Origin: Candidatus Heimdallarchaeota archaeon
GTDB lineage: Archaea; Asgardarchaeota; Heimdallarchaeia; Heimdallarchaeales; Heimdallarchaeaceae
Direction: 5' to 3'
Assembly: GCA_016840095.1 (NCBI GenBank)
Contig: JAEOSZ010000131.1
Location: 1 to 50,463, forward strand
DNA: 50,463 bases
The notes under the pieces are model-generated. The model did not search any database and was not told the origin of the DNA. It worked only from the letters and a program-made list of their open reading frames with translations. This document shows, piece after piece, positions 38,101 to 47,773 of the stretch (its first letter is position 1; the number at the start of each line of letters is the position of its first letter). The translations under genes were made by a program, and so were the position numbers.

Positions 38101-39284
38101 ATCAATGCAATTGGTTTGTTAGTCTTATCTGTGAGTACAGAAGCATTCATTTCAGTGAGAAATCTTTCACCATTCTTCTTAAGTAAAGTATACTCAAAAG
38201 ATCCTTTCAGTGTAGAAAACATCTGTTTTCTCATTCTTTCCATAACTCTTTGCTGATCTTCAGGAGCTGTATACTCCATCATTGAAGAGCCAATTAGTTC
38301 TTCAGGTTTTTCAACTCCATGCATGACTGCAGCTTGTTGGTTTGCAAATGTGATGTTACCTTGTAAATCTGCGAGAACAATGGAATATGGGGAAGTATCG
38401 ACTAGTTTTCGATATTGTTCTTCACTTCGCTGTAAAGCTTCTTCTATCTCCTTTTTCTGAGTAATATCGTCTCCTATACCTAATAGTTTAGATATTTTGC
38501 CATCTTCATCAGTTAAGATTGTGTTGTGCCAAGCGATAAGTCTCTTTTCTCCAGTTTTTGTTTCGATTTCAAGTTCGGAATAAGGTGTTGGTTTCCTCAT
38601 TCCAGTCATAATTTGTTGAAAATTAAACCTAATTTCATCAACAATTTCAGTAGAATAAACTGTTGTAAACCAGTTTTGACCAAGCAGTTCTTTTTCTGAA
38701 TAACCCAATACTTTGGTTACTTCTTTGTTTATTAGTTCTGTATTTTCATCTCGGTCGATAATGACAAACAGAACATTTGCTTCATTTAGGTACTGCTGAG
38801 TTAAGTCTCTCTCCCTTCTAATAGTTTTTTCACTTTCTAGTAGAGCTTGTTCAGCTAATTTGTGCCTAACACTTGTTCGAATCTGATGAACGAGTTCAGT
38901 GTATTGACTCCTGGCATCTGAACCTTTTCGAATGTAATAATCTGCTCCGAGGTTAAGAGCATCTATTACAACTTCCTCTCTACCTCTCCCAGTAAAGATA
39001 ATAAACGGAATCTGATATTCTTTGTCCTTTATTTGTTTCAACAAATCAAGACCATTAAAATTCTCCATAAGATAATCACAAACAATTAAGTCAATATTAT
39101 TCTCCTTAATTCTGTCAAATACTTTCATTGGATCCTGAAGAGATTCTACTTGAATCTCACCATCACTCATTTTTTCTACAAATTCTTTAGTTAAAAAAAG
39201 AAAATCTTCTTCGTCATCAATATGTAAAACTCTTATTACATTAGATTTTGGGTTCGCTTGATATTCATTATCAGATTCCACCAT
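35142..39284 (-). CDS. Hybrid sensor kinase: REC + 8 PAS + HisKA/HATPase
   Basis: HIDDE/CDY/FTG/K receiver; eight PAS/PAC repeats; MGHDIRN; ENAVIHG. Confidence 0.92.
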   Translation of the reverse strand: MVESDNEYQANPKSNVIRVLHIDDEEDFLFLTKEFVEKMSDGEIQVESLQDPMKVFDRIKENNIDLIVCDYLMENFNGLDLLKQIKDKEYQIPFIIFTGRGREEVVIDALNLGADYYIRKGSDARSQYTELVHQIRTSVRHKLAEQALLESEKTIRRERDLTQQYLNEANVLFVIIDRDENTELINKEVTKVLGYSEKELLGQNWFTTVYSTEIVDEIRFNFQQIMTGMRKPTPYSELEIETKTGEKRLIAWHNTILTDEDGKISKLLGIGDDITQKKEIEEALQRSEEQYRKLVDTSPYSIVLADLQGNITFANQQAAVMHGVEKPEELIGSSMMEYTAPEDQQRVMERMRKQMFSTLKGSFEYTLLKKNGERFLTEMNASVLTDKTNKPIALMAIARDLTESKEAEKALKESEEKYRGFVQNFDGIAFRGSIDFRPFFFHGAVEKITGYSEKDFIEGDLSWDKLVLPEDLGILMAIRDELESTPGFSSVLEYRIKNKNDEIRWIRQHVQNIGPGEGEPFIVQGSLHDITENKLIEENLRESEQKFKSLFEGIPDAVFVADPDTQNIVDCNEQAELLLGCPREEVLSKKVLDLHPDDQKEVAQKNFEQHSMGDEEIFETSVLACNGQNIPVSINANLITIKGKEYVLGIFRDITESITKDAELEKSETRYRRLIETSPDGILLTDLNGKILLANSQAEKLYGASNIEELLNFPIRDFIPPENHQKVDEMTKEVLELGVMKNQELSIFRKDGSIFSAEINISRIDDFAENPIAFMSIIRDISQRKEAEKKLEESAKLYMTLFEATGTANAIARAEDAIVEKINNRLVELSGYTREEIEGKVPWHSFVHESELERLMEYNTKRIIDPSSAPANYEVKLKNKRGDVVDCLLHVGIIPDTDRFIISIIDISESKQAEQNLQKTAELYKTVFEAKGTANMIVGPGRIIIETNSLLEEISGYGKDVLIGRNWTDFVPESELDKLVEYSRKRQLEPQNFPAYYESQFINRKGDIRDVMVSLTTIPLSENYVVSLFDITELKEAEEEIRKSEILYRSLFENTGMANIIFDLEASITLVNSRMEELSGYTRKELEGRKWTEFIPQPELDLMTEYNRRRMMQPDSVPNQYETRFITKNGTIRSILIAVTNLPDSNSFLATVVDISERSKMVNILTKQKKELSDFVHLMGHDIRNSLSSIEGYADILKENDNQKDVVLDKINNQTDYLRKLLNRSIELAEAGQVIEKSDIVNLDRLVDRIAKVTIPQDIKMKHDPLVAVKADEEKLSQIFKNLFENAVIHGKPTQIEILSKLHENEIGICIANNGTKIDPEIAREAFESTFTTKEKESIHGLTIVKKLIDAHGWKIRLLNEQDEACFEILIPKEDVTESK

Positions 39285-39392
39285 TCAAACAACCTCCTAT
39301 TACATTTAATCAATGAGCTATAATTGTTTTTTCTTAAGGAAAAACAAAAATACTTCTAATTCCTTATATTAAGACATAAAAGTTGATGTGAA

Positions 39393-39695
39393 TTGAGATA
39401 TAACTTTAAGGATTCAGTTGACGAAAACATTACTTTGTTAGGAAATATTTCAAAAATCCCTTGGCAACATCTGATTCAGTTTTTTGATGATAGACCCAAT
39501 ATAAATTACTTTGATTTAGATAATGGAGAGCAAATAGTAATCTATTCTAGAGAACCAATTACCTGCACAGGAAGCATGAAAATCTCAGGAAAAGTGATTC
39601 TCACTACAGGTGGTTCCAAAAGACCTCAAAAAATTCAAACAGAAACATATGAAGAATATCAGCTCTTAGTAGATACATGGGAATGCATTGATTAA
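39393..39695 (+). CDS. Hypothetical protein (100 aa, beta-rich)
   Basis: ORF directly upstream of the HEAT gene; TTG start. Confidence 0.6.
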   Translation: MRYNFKDSVDENITLLGNISKIPWQHLIQFFDDRPNINYFDLDNGEQIVIYSREPITCTGSMKISGKVILTTGGSKRPQKIQTETYEEYQLLVDTWECID

Positions 39696-39703
39696 AAACA
39701 AGT

Positions 39704-40567
39704 GTGATTAATTTGATTGAAGATGATGATGTAGAATCCCTACTAGAAAGTTTGAAAGATGAAGATCTTCATGTTAGAATTTTCACGATTAATTCTATTG
39801 TTGATAATCCCAGAAGCAAGCAAACTATTCCTACTCTGATTAAATTACTGAAGGAAGATGTAGCTCTTGTTAGAAGTCGTATTGCCTGGGCAATGGGAAA
39901 AATAAAAGATACACGATCAATCAAACCACTGATTAAAGCATTGAATGATGAAGATGCTGATGTTAGGAAAAATGCAACTAGATCACTTGGAGAAATGATG
40001 GCATTTGATGCAATTTCTACTTTGGTTGACAAACTGGAAGATTCAAGTTGGGAAGTTAGAGCTGAAGCTATTGTGGTTCTAGGAGATTTGGGTTGGGTTC
40101 CTTCAAGCAAAACTGATCTTATACTTTCATTGATAGCAAAAGAGAAATGGGACCAAATACTTGAACAAGAAGACTTAGATTTAACATTAATTCAGCATTT
40201 TCTTGATGATCCTGATAAAGACGTTAGAAGTAAGGTTGCTTGGATTTTAGGAGAATTACGAAGTTTAGATTCACTTGATTCTCTCTTTAAGCTTCTTATG
40301 AATGATAATTTTCAAGAAGTGAAGGAACAAGCTTCTGCTGCCATTGGTAAGATTGATGGAGACAAAGGATTAGCTCTCCTTAAACAAGCATTAGCAAGTG
40401 ATAATTGGTTCATCAGAAAGTGTGCTACTTCTGCACTTGGTTACACTCAGGATGTTTTAGTGATTAAGTTGCTAGAAGAATTAGTTGAAGACGATAACAG
40501 ATTTGTCAGTGAGAGTGCAAAGCTAGCCATAGAACAAATAAAATCGAAACATAAAATTCGAAATTGA
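39704..40567 (+). CDS. HEAT-repeat (PBS lyase-like) protein
   Basis: Repeated L.D....VR..A..ALG. Confidence 0.9.
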   Translation: MINLIEDDDVESLLESLKDEDLHVRIFTINSIVDNPRSKQTIPTLIKLLKEDVALVRSRIAWAMGKIKDTRSIKPLIKALNDEDADVRKNATRSLGEMMAFDAISTLVDKLEDSSWEVRAEAIVVLGDLGWVPSSKTDLILSLIAKEKWDQILEQEDLDLTLIQHFLDDPDKDVRSKVAWILGELRSLDSLDSLFKLLMNDNFQEVKEQASAAIGKIDGDKGLALLKQALASDNWFIRKCATSALGYTQDVLVIKLLEELVEDDNRFVSESAKLAIEQIKSKHKIRN

Positions 40568-40638
40568 TAGAGATATATTTAAAATTGAATACCTTTTTTC
40601 TAGTTTAATCAATCATGAGTTAAGATATTTGATTACTC

Positions 40639-41937
40639 ATGGAGGAATACTCAATGGAAGATTTAAGAAAAAAACTAAGCATTTCTAAAGACAATCTTGA
40701 TGCAATTCAAAAATTCTTTCTTGATGAAAGCAATCCATTTGTTAATGATTTACTTCAAATAGTAGAAAAACATGGAGGAGTAGAAGAAATTAACAATAAA
40801 TTCAAAGAATCAAGAAAAATTGAAACCATCTACAAAAAATTAGAAACAGTTAATCCTGATTATATAGATGATCTAGAATGGTTGATTAAACAACGAGAAC
40901 TAGATTCATTCATTAGTGAAAGCGAATACAGAAGAAAGATACTAGGAAATGCAGTTGATAGAATTACATTTGATGAATCAAGTCCTGTTACTTTAGAACT
41001 TTCATCTTGTCAATATTTCCCTTTTCTAATAAAAGGAGCAAAGAAAGTTATAGAAAATGGTGATTTATTACCAGGAAGAATCATAAGAGTAAGGAATATG
41101 AAAGAGCAAGAGAAGGATGGAGATCTTTTGGCTATGACTGCAGCTGTTGATATAATAGGAGCTTCAAGAGTTGAAACATTAGATACCAAAGGTACAATGC
41201 CTGGACCCGATGGGATGCCAATAAACGTTCACTTAGGTGGTCCTGCTACAATTACAGGTTATTTCGGGGGAGTAGGTCAACCTAATGATTGTGCTTTGAA
41301 ATGGGTAGATGAATTTCTATACTATTATACCAACTTTGGAGTGAAGCAAGTTCTAAATGTAAATCTTGGGACTATTATTCTCGGCTATATGCTATATAAA
41401 ATGGGAATAGATAACGAATTTAAGATTTCAGTATTTGTAGGAAATGATAATCCTTATTCTGTTCTTTGGACTCTAATTGCTGCAAAGCTTTTCGCTAGAG
41501 ATGATGGAACCTCTCCATTAATTGGTTTTAATCTATCCAATGCAGTAAACAATGATACTTTGGAAATGAGTTCACTTGTTAGGAATAACTTCGGTTTTGA
41601 GCAAGTCGTTCGTCTCGAACACCACATAATTGAAACACAAAAATCAATTGTGAGACAACCATATGATAGAACACAAGAATTACTTGAAATTGCTCCAAAA
41701 GTTAAGAATATTAGTGCTAAACATGAAGGAGGACCTGTCGAAATAGATCAAGCAAGAGAACATCCATCTGACATATTAGACTATTTCCTTACAAAAGAAC
41801 AAATTACTGAACAAGCAATATGGAGTCATCTTGAACAAAATTACTTTGATCGTCAAACAGCTGTCAATAATACAGCTAAAGCTTTAACTGAAAAAGGTCT
41901 AAGTTTCATTGCAGCTCGAAAGCTTCATCATAAGTAA
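40639..41937 (+). CDS. Conserved hypothetical protein, enzyme-like
   Basis: Long ORF with Gly/His/acidic motifs (ETLDTKG, HLGGP..ITGYFGG.GQP, RLEHH, SAKHEGG); no family confidently recognised. Confidence 0.7.
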   Translation: MEEYSMEDLRKKLSISKDNLDAIQKFFLDESNPFVNDLLQIVEKHGGVEEINNKFKESRKIETIYKKLETVNPDYIDDLEWLIKQRELDSFISESEYRRKILGNAVDRITFDESSPVTLELSSCQYFPFLIKGAKKVIENGDLLPGRIIRVRNMKEQEKDGDLLAMTAAVDIIGASRVETLDTKGTMPGPDGMPINVHLGGPATITGYFGGVGQPNDCALKWVDEFLYYYTNFGVKQVLNVNLGTIILGYMLYKMGIDNEFKISVFVGNDNPYSVLWTLIAAKLFARDDGTSPLIGFNLSNAVNNDTLEMSSLVRNNFGFEQVVRLEHHIIETQKSIVRQPYDRTQELLEIAPKVKNISAKHEGGPVEIDQAREHPSDILDYFLTKEQITEQAIWSHLEQNYFDRQTAVNNTAKALTEKGLSFIAARKLHHK

Positions 41938-41953
41938 GATTCGGGGATACGAA

Positions 41954-43114
41954 ATGAAGGAAATGGCAAAAGGGATGTACAGTATTCTTGGTGAAGGTGC
42001 TTTTGAGTATTTAGCTAAAGCACAAGCTCAAGAGAGAAAAGGAGAAGAAGTCCTTCACTTTGAAATTGGGCAACCCGATTTTCCAACTCCACAACATATC
42101 AAAGATTCAGCGTTTGAATCAATAAGGAACAATTTTACAGGATATGTTGCAGCAACAGGAATTTTGGATTTAAAACATGCAATTCAAGATGAAATCGAAC
42201 AAACTCGAGGTTTCAGACCAACTGAAAAACAAGTATTGATTCTACCTGGTGCTAAACCTGGAATCTTCTTCACAATGTTGGGCTTAGTAAATCCGGGTGA
42301 TGAAGTAATTTATCCTGATCCTGGTTTTCCTACATATGGTTCAGTAGTTCAGTATCTAGATGCGGGAGATGTACCAGTACAACTTAAAGAGGAAAATGAA
42401 TTTCGATTAAATCCTGATGACATTGAAGAGAGAATCACTGAAAAAACTAAGTTAATAATTTTAAATAGTCCTCAAAATCCAACAGGTTCAGTAATGACTA
42501 AGGCTGAGATAGAATCAGTAGCTGAACTAGCAGAACAGAATAACATCTTCATTCTCTCTGATGAAATATACTCCAAAATGCTTTACGAAGCTTCTTTTCA
42601 TTCTGCTTCTGTCAGAGACGAATCGAAAGAAAGAACAATCATACTTGATGGGTTTTCAAAATCATATGCAATGACTGGATGGAGATTAGGTTATGTTGTT
42701 GGTCCAGAAGAGGTTATTGAAAGAATGGGAACATTGATGATTAATGCTCTTTCATGTACCACATCATTTGTTCAAAAAGCTGGAATAACTGCTTTGAAAG
42801 GAACCCAAGAACCTTTGAAAATGATGATGGAAGCATTTCTTGAAAGAAGAAATGCAATTGTAAAGGGTTTGAACAGTATTCCAAACTTTTCGTGTTTATC
42901 TCCTCAAGGTGCATTCTATACCTTTCCTAACATTAAGAAGACAGGTATGACTTCTAGAGAAATGGCTAATCACATCCTATATAATGCAGGAGTATGCTGT
43001 TTACCAGGATCATCTTTTGGTAAAGGTGGTGAAGGATATCTCAGATTCAGTTATGCAACTTCTGTTGATACAATAAATCAAGCAATTAAACAAATAAAAG
43101 AATCATTGCAATAA
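41954..43114 (+). CDS. PLP-dependent class I/II aminotransferase (aspartate aminotransferase-like)
   Basis: IGQPDF, NSPQNPTG, SDEIY, GFSKSYAMTGWRLG; start at ATG 41954. Confidence 0.95.
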   Translation: MKEMAKGMYSILGEGAFEYLAKAQAQERKGEEVLHFEIGQPDFPTPQHIKDSAFESIRNNFTGYVAATGILDLKHAIQDEIEQTRGFRPTEKQVLILPGAKPGIFFTMLGLVNPGDEVIYPDPGFPTYGSVVQYLDAGDVPVQLKEENEFRLNPDDIEERITEKTKLIILNSPQNPTGSVMTKAEIESVAELAEQNNIFILSDEIYSKMLYEASFHSASVRDESKERTIILDGFSKSYAMTGWRLGYVVGPEEVIERMGTLMINALSCTTSFVQKAGITALKGTQEPLKMMMEAFLERRNAIVKGLNSIPNFSCLSPQGAFYTFPNIKKTGMTSREMANHILYNAGVCCLPGSSFGKGGEGYLRFSYATSVDTINQAIKQIKESLQ

Positions 43115-43166
43115 TTCCGAACATTTATTTGTGTATAATGCTTTTTTTTTTGATAGGTGCTATAGA

Positions 43167-43376
43167 ATGGAAGAAGAAACAGCAAAGAAATTATGTTTGG
43201 AAATGCGGAATGGTAGAGCAAAAGGAATATGGAAGCTTCAATGCTATTTCTGTAACAAATTTGCACAGAAGAACCCAAAAAACTACTGTTACAATAATGC
43301 ACCTAATTTTTCAGGATGTAATATTATTAATAGTTATATTAAAAAGTCAGAGAAGAAGGGACATTCTATTAATTAG
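43167..43376 (+). CDS. Small Cys-rich putative metal-binding protein (69 aa)
   Basis: GGTG SD then ATG 43167; C...CYFC...C...GC. Confidence 0.65.
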   Translation: MEEETAKKLCLEMRNGRAKGIWKLQCYFCNKFAQKNPKNYCYNNAPNFSGCNIINSYIKKSEKKGHSIN

Positions 43377-43383
43377 ATAGTTG

Positions 43384-44199
43384 TTATAGGTTTAACAATT
43401 GAGCTATATTAACTCCTAATATCATTTCTTTCTGTTTATCAGTTATATCCATTTTTCTGACTTTAGCTATGTTCAGTTCAAGACATCTATCACCTATAGG
43501 AGAATCTGAACCTAGTAGAATTTTGTCATCACCAAATATCTTCATTGCTGTTTTAATTCTTTTATTTGAGACTATGAAGTAAGTTGAAATGTCAAAAAAG
43601 ACGTTCTTAAGATCTTTACCTTTTCTTGCAATGGTTTCGAATCCCATCATGTGAGCAACTATATAGTTGGCTTTAGGAAATTCTCTTGCTAATTTTACAA
43701 ATTTACGAATTTCTCTGAAATTGTAGAGATGGATGAAAATCGGAATGTTCTTTTCAATTGCAAATTTGGATATAGTTTTCATTCCTTCATCTTTGTTTGA
43801 GAAATTAGTCAAACATTGATGTAGCTTAATTGCTGCAAATGACATTTTCCTGTAACTCTCTTCTAGAGTTTTAAGTAATTTTGAATCATTTGGATTGATC
43901 CAGAAATATTGAATTAACCTATCAGGAAATTTACTAACTAGAGAATACACATAATCATTATCAGGTTGAGGGAAAAATCTATGTTGCTTTCGTAAGAAAA
44001 AGATATTGCTTAGAATATGGAAAAATGGAATCATTGAAGCTTTTCTATAAGCAACTTTAGGAACTTCAAATTCAACATCAGGCTCTGTACCACTAGGGCA
44101 AAGAACCACTTTATCTACACCAATTTTATCCATCAATGGTATGAGTTTTTCAGTGTAACCAAATTCTCCAAAAGCATGAGCATGACCATCAATTATCAT
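43384..44199 (-). CDS. Amidohydrolase family (Amidohydro_2-like) metalloenzyme
   Basis: IDGHAH, IKLH, FIH, AHM, DIS, GSDSP. Confidence 0.9.
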   Translation of the reverse strand: MIIDGHAHAFGEFGYTEKLIPLMDKIGVDKVVLCPSGTEPDVEFEVPKVAYRKASMIPFFHILSNIFFLRKQHRFFPQPDNDYVYSLVSKFPDRLIQYFWINPNDSKLLKTLEESYRKMSFAAIKLHQCLTNFSNKDEGMKTISKFAIEKNIPIFIHLYNFREIRKFVKLAREFPKANYIVAHMMGFETIARKGKDLKNVFFDISTYFIVSNKRIKTAMKIFGDDKILLGSDSPIGDRCLELNIAKVRKMDITDKQKEMILGVNIAQLLNL

Positions 44200-44216
44200 G
44201 ATTTAACACCATAAGA

Positions 44217-44804
44217 TTATCCCTTTTCAGCAATTTTGACCATTCGTGCGATTAACTTAAAGAAGATTTCTAATTGATTTATAGAAGTTAGTTTAGCTGA
44301 TAAGGTGCCCTTATTGGTGGATATTACCGAAATGTCCTTCAAAATACGAAGAAAGTATTCACTTACATATGAATCATCCAAAATTCTTGCTGCAAGTTTA
44401 TCATTGTTCGTTTTAATATTTACAAAATTAACAACACTCATTCCTGAGAGTGAATCAAATTCCATTCGTTTTGTTTCTTCTCTTACTCTTACATGAAAAA
44501 ATATTGGAAATTCTTGAATTAATTCGGCATCTATGTGCACATCTTTGTCACTTTCTTCAACTAGAGTTATTCTTTGTGTGATATCATCCTCATGTTCAAA
44601 AGGAAGATCGAAGGTGTATTTCGTTAGATATCCTGAAGTTTTTTTAATTTTGTCTGCACCTATTTCAATTAGCTTCTGCATGATGACATTTTCTCTATCG
44701 GTTGGCAAATCTACTTTATCTTCACCATATTTGTCTCTATAGTACCGCTCTGCTGAAGTAATATGTTCTTCAGGTTTTTTCCTTGATTTGAAAAATCTTG
44801 ACAT
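44217..44804 (-). CDS. Hypothetical protein
   Basis: 195-aa ORF, no motif recognised. Confidence 0.7.
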   Translation of the reverse strand: MSRFFKSRKKPEEHITSAERYYRDKYGEDKVDLPTDRENVIMQKLIEIGADKIKKTSGYLTKYTFDLPFEHEDDITQRITLVEESDKDVHIDAELIQEFPIFFHVRVREETKRMEFDSLSGMSVVNFVNIKTNNDKLAARILDDSYVSEYFLRILKDISVISTNKGTLSAKLTSINQLEIFFKLIARMVKIAEKG

Positions 44805-44928
44805 AGATACCCAATTCCTTTAAGGTATTCGTATTTTTATACCTTTTGTACTCTCAAGAAACTTTTTGACAGCAAATTTATAAGGAAAACAGCTTTAAGT
44901 TGGAATAGAATATTATTGAGGGCTAAAT

Positions 44929-45969
44929 ATGGAATTTAATATAGCGTTTATAGGCTTTGGAGTTGTTGGTCAAGGTTTAGCAGAAATTTTAATTGAACAA
45001 GAAGAATTTCTAAAGAAGAACTACGATTTTCATTTCAAAGTAGTAGCAGTTTCAGATACTATGAAAGGTTCTTGGTATAAAAGAACAGGGTTGGACTTGA
45101 AGAAATTACTAGCTTTAGTTAAAGAAAATGGTAATTTGAAGGGTTATGGTGAAGGAATTGAAGGGTGGGATTCACTAAAAACAATCGAAGAAACAAATGC
45201 AAATCTCATTCTTGAAGTTGCTTGGACAGATTTGAAAACAGGCGAACCTGCAATCACTCATGTCAAAACTGCTCTAAAAAACAAGAAACATGTTGTATTG
45301 ACAAATAAAGGACCAATAGCTTTAGCTGTAAGAGAGTTACTTGATTTAGCTAAAAAGAATGGTGTTGAAATGAGATATGAAGGAACTGTTCTTAGCGGGA
45401 CTCCAGCTTTGAATCTAGGTCTAAATAATCTTGCTGGTGCCGGAATAACTAAAGCCATGGGTATAGTAAATGGAACAACCAATTATATCTTAACAGAAAT
45501 GGAAAAAGGAATGAGTTATGAAGATGCTTTGAAACAAGCTCAAGAATTAGGATATGCTGAAGCAGACCCAACAGCAGATGTTGAAGGTTTTGATGCACTT
45601 GGAAAAATTGTAATTCTTGCTAATACTGTCATGGGTGCTAATCTTAGTAAAGATGAACCACCATGTGAAGGTATAACAAAAATTACCGCTGAAGACATAG
45701 TAAAAGCTAAAGAAGAAGGTTTTAGATGGAAACTAATTGCAGGTGCTGAAATTAAAAAAGATGGATCAATAGATGCTTATGTTAGACCTGAAAAAATTCC
45801 TCTCACACATCCTCTAGCAAATATAATGGGACCAACTAATGCTCTAACTTACTCAACAAAGTATGTTTCTGATGTAACTATAGTTGGACCTGGTGCTGGA
45901 AAATTACCAACAGGATTTGCTCTACTTACTGATATACTCGATATCAATAGACTTGTATCTAAGAGGTAA
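44929..45969 (+). CDS. hom: Homoserine dehydrogenase
   Basis: GFGVVG, TNKGP, YEGTV..G.P, GIVNGTTN, GYAEADP..DVEG.D, GPGAG. Confidence 0.95.
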   Translation: MEFNIAFIGFGVVGQGLAEILIEQEEFLKKNYDFHFKVVAVSDTMKGSWYKRTGLDLKKLLALVKENGNLKGYGEGIEGWDSLKTIEETNANLILEVAWTDLKTGEPAITHVKTALKNKKHVVLTNKGPIALAVRELLDLAKKNGVEMRYEGTVLSGTPALNLGLNNLAGAGITKAMGIVNGTTNYILTEMEKGMSYEDALKQAQELGYAEADPTADVEGFDALGKIVILANTVMGANLSKDEPPCEGITKITAEDIVKAKEEGFRWKLIAGAEIKKDGSIDAYVRPEKIPLTHPLANIMGPTNALTYSTKYVSDVTIVGPGAGKLPTGFALLTDILDINRLVSKR

Positions 45970-45975
45970 TGAATC

Positions 45976-47763
45976 ATGGGTTATATGCATAAATATCTAG
46001 ATGTTGATTTAACATCTGGAAAAATCCATGAGAAAAAATTGGATCCAGAACTTGCAGAAAAATTCATAGGTGGGAAAGGATTAGGTGCAAAAATTCTTTA
46101 TGATGAATTGAAACCCGGAATTGATCCTCTAGGTCCTGAGAACATTATTCTTTTCATGACTGGACCATTAACTGGAACTTCTGTTGTAACTTCAGGCAGA
46201 TGGTGCATTGTAACAAAATCTCCTCATACTGGCATATATCTTGATAGTCAAATTGGAGGGAAGTTTGGTCATCGACTAAAGAAAGCAGGATACGATTATA
46301 TTCTAGTTAGAGGTAGAGCTAAAAACTTGTGTTACTTATATGTCTCTCCTGATGGTTCAACTTTGATATCGGCTAAAGAGGTTTGGCAGAGAGGAACTTT
46401 CGAGACAGAGGAAATCTTAAAAGGAAAACACCCAAAATCTGAAGTTGCTTGTATAGGACCAGCAGGGGAGAAATTAGTCACATATGCTAATGTAATGACA
46501 GATAAATCCCATATGGCAGGAAGGGGAGGAGCTGGTGCAGTTATGGGTTCAAAAAATCTTAAAGCAGTAGTAGTTAGTGGAAATGAAGTAATTGATGCTG
46601 TTCATGATGACTTCAATGAGCTAACTAGAACTTTTCGAACCAAAGTACAAAATGATGATGGTGTAAAAAATAGAAACAGAATTGGAACTATGATGTGGGT
46701 AAACATGTCCAATGAAGGAGGATTTCTACCTACTAGAAATTATCAAAGTGGAGTATTCGAAGATGCTGATGCAATTTCTGGAGAAACAATGCTTGAGAAT
46801 TATACTTATGCGAATAGAGCATGTTATGGTTGTTTGATTGCTTGTGGTAAGGCAAACAAATTTGAAACAGGTAAATATGCAGGATTAGATGTTGATGGTC
46901 CCGAATACGAATCAACAGCTTTGTTAGGATCAAATTGTGGTATCAAGGATTTAGGAGCTGTTGCTAAAGCAAGTGAATTGTGCGATGATTTAGGGTTAGA
47001 TACAATCACTACTGGTGCAACAATAAGTTTTGCAATAGAATGTATTGAAAAAGGATATTTGGAGCAATCTGATGTTGAAAATCTTGTATTTGGTAATGAT
47101 GAGGCAATACTTGAGGTCATAAAACTAATATCCAAAAGAAAAGGTTTTGGAGAGTTACTAGCAAAGGGATCAAAAGCAGCAGCCAAAGAAATAGGTCATG
47201 ATTCGATGGATTTTGCGATCCAGGTTAAAGGAAACGAATTAGCTGGTGTTGAACCAAGAGGTTCTTGGGGAATGGCTTTAGCATACTCTACTGCAGATAG
47301 AGGTGCATGTCATCAAAGAACATGGACACCAAGTGCAGAACTGAGAGGTGACCTTAAACGATTTAGCTTTGAAGGAGTTCCCAAGTTCGTTAAAGAATCT
47401 CAAGATGAACGAGCAGCTTGTTTCTCTCTTGTTGTTTGTGATTTTCTTCCATTTGGGGTTCAAGAAATGGTTGAGATGCTTAATTCTGCTACAGGATTTT
47501 CTTATACCCCTGAAAGCTATTTAGAGACAGGAGAAAGAATCTGGAATTTGACTCGAATGTTCAATACCAGAGAAGGTATAACATCTGGAGATGACATTCT
47601 TCCTGAGAGATTTTTCAAGGATGTTATGCCTGATGGAGATGCAAAGGGACTTGTTGTAAATAGAGATCAATTCGAAGCAGCTAAACTCGAATACTATAAG
47701 CTTAGAGAGTGGGATGATAAAGGAATTCCAACAGAAAGAAAGCTAAAGAAGTTGGGATTATAA
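45976..47763 (+). CDS. aor: Aldehyde:ferredoxin oxidoreductase family (tungstopterin)
   Basis: KSP.TG, IGPAGE, AGRGG.GAVMGSKNLKA, C..C...C, EYE, D.LGLD, RGACH. Confidence 0.93.
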   Translation: MGYMHKYLDVDLTSGKIHEKKLDPELAEKFIGGKGLGAKILYDELKPGIDPLGPENIILFMTGPLTGTSVVTSGRWCIVTKSPHTGIYLDSQIGGKFGHRLKKAGYDYILVRGRAKNLCYLYVSPDGSTLISAKEVWQRGTFETEEILKGKHPKSEVACIGPAGEKLVTYANVMTDKSHMAGRGGAGAVMGSKNLKAVVVSGNEVIDAVHDDFNELTRTFRTKVQNDDGVKNRNRIGTMMWVNMSNEGGFLPTRNYQSGVFEDADAISGETMLENYTYANRACYGCLIACGKANKFETGKYAGLDVDGPEYESTALLGSNCGIKDLGAVAKASELCDDLGLDTITTGATISFAIECIEKGYLEQSDVENLVFGNDEAILEVIKLISKRKGFGELLAKGSKAAAKEIGHDSMDFAIQVKGNELAGVEPRGSWGMALAYSTADRGACHQRTWTPSAELRGDLKRFSFEGVPKFVKESQDERAACFSLVVCDFLPFGVQEMVEMLNSATGFSYTPESYLETGERIWNLTRMFNTREGITSGDDILPERFFKDVMPDGDAKGLVVNRDQFEAAKLEYYKLREWDDKGIPTERKLKKLGL

Positions 47764-47773
47764 TCCTCTTTTT

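Noticed and set aside
43129-43380. Alternative-frame 83-aa ORF
   Set aside because: The overlapping frame (ATG 43167) has an SD and an ordered Cys pattern
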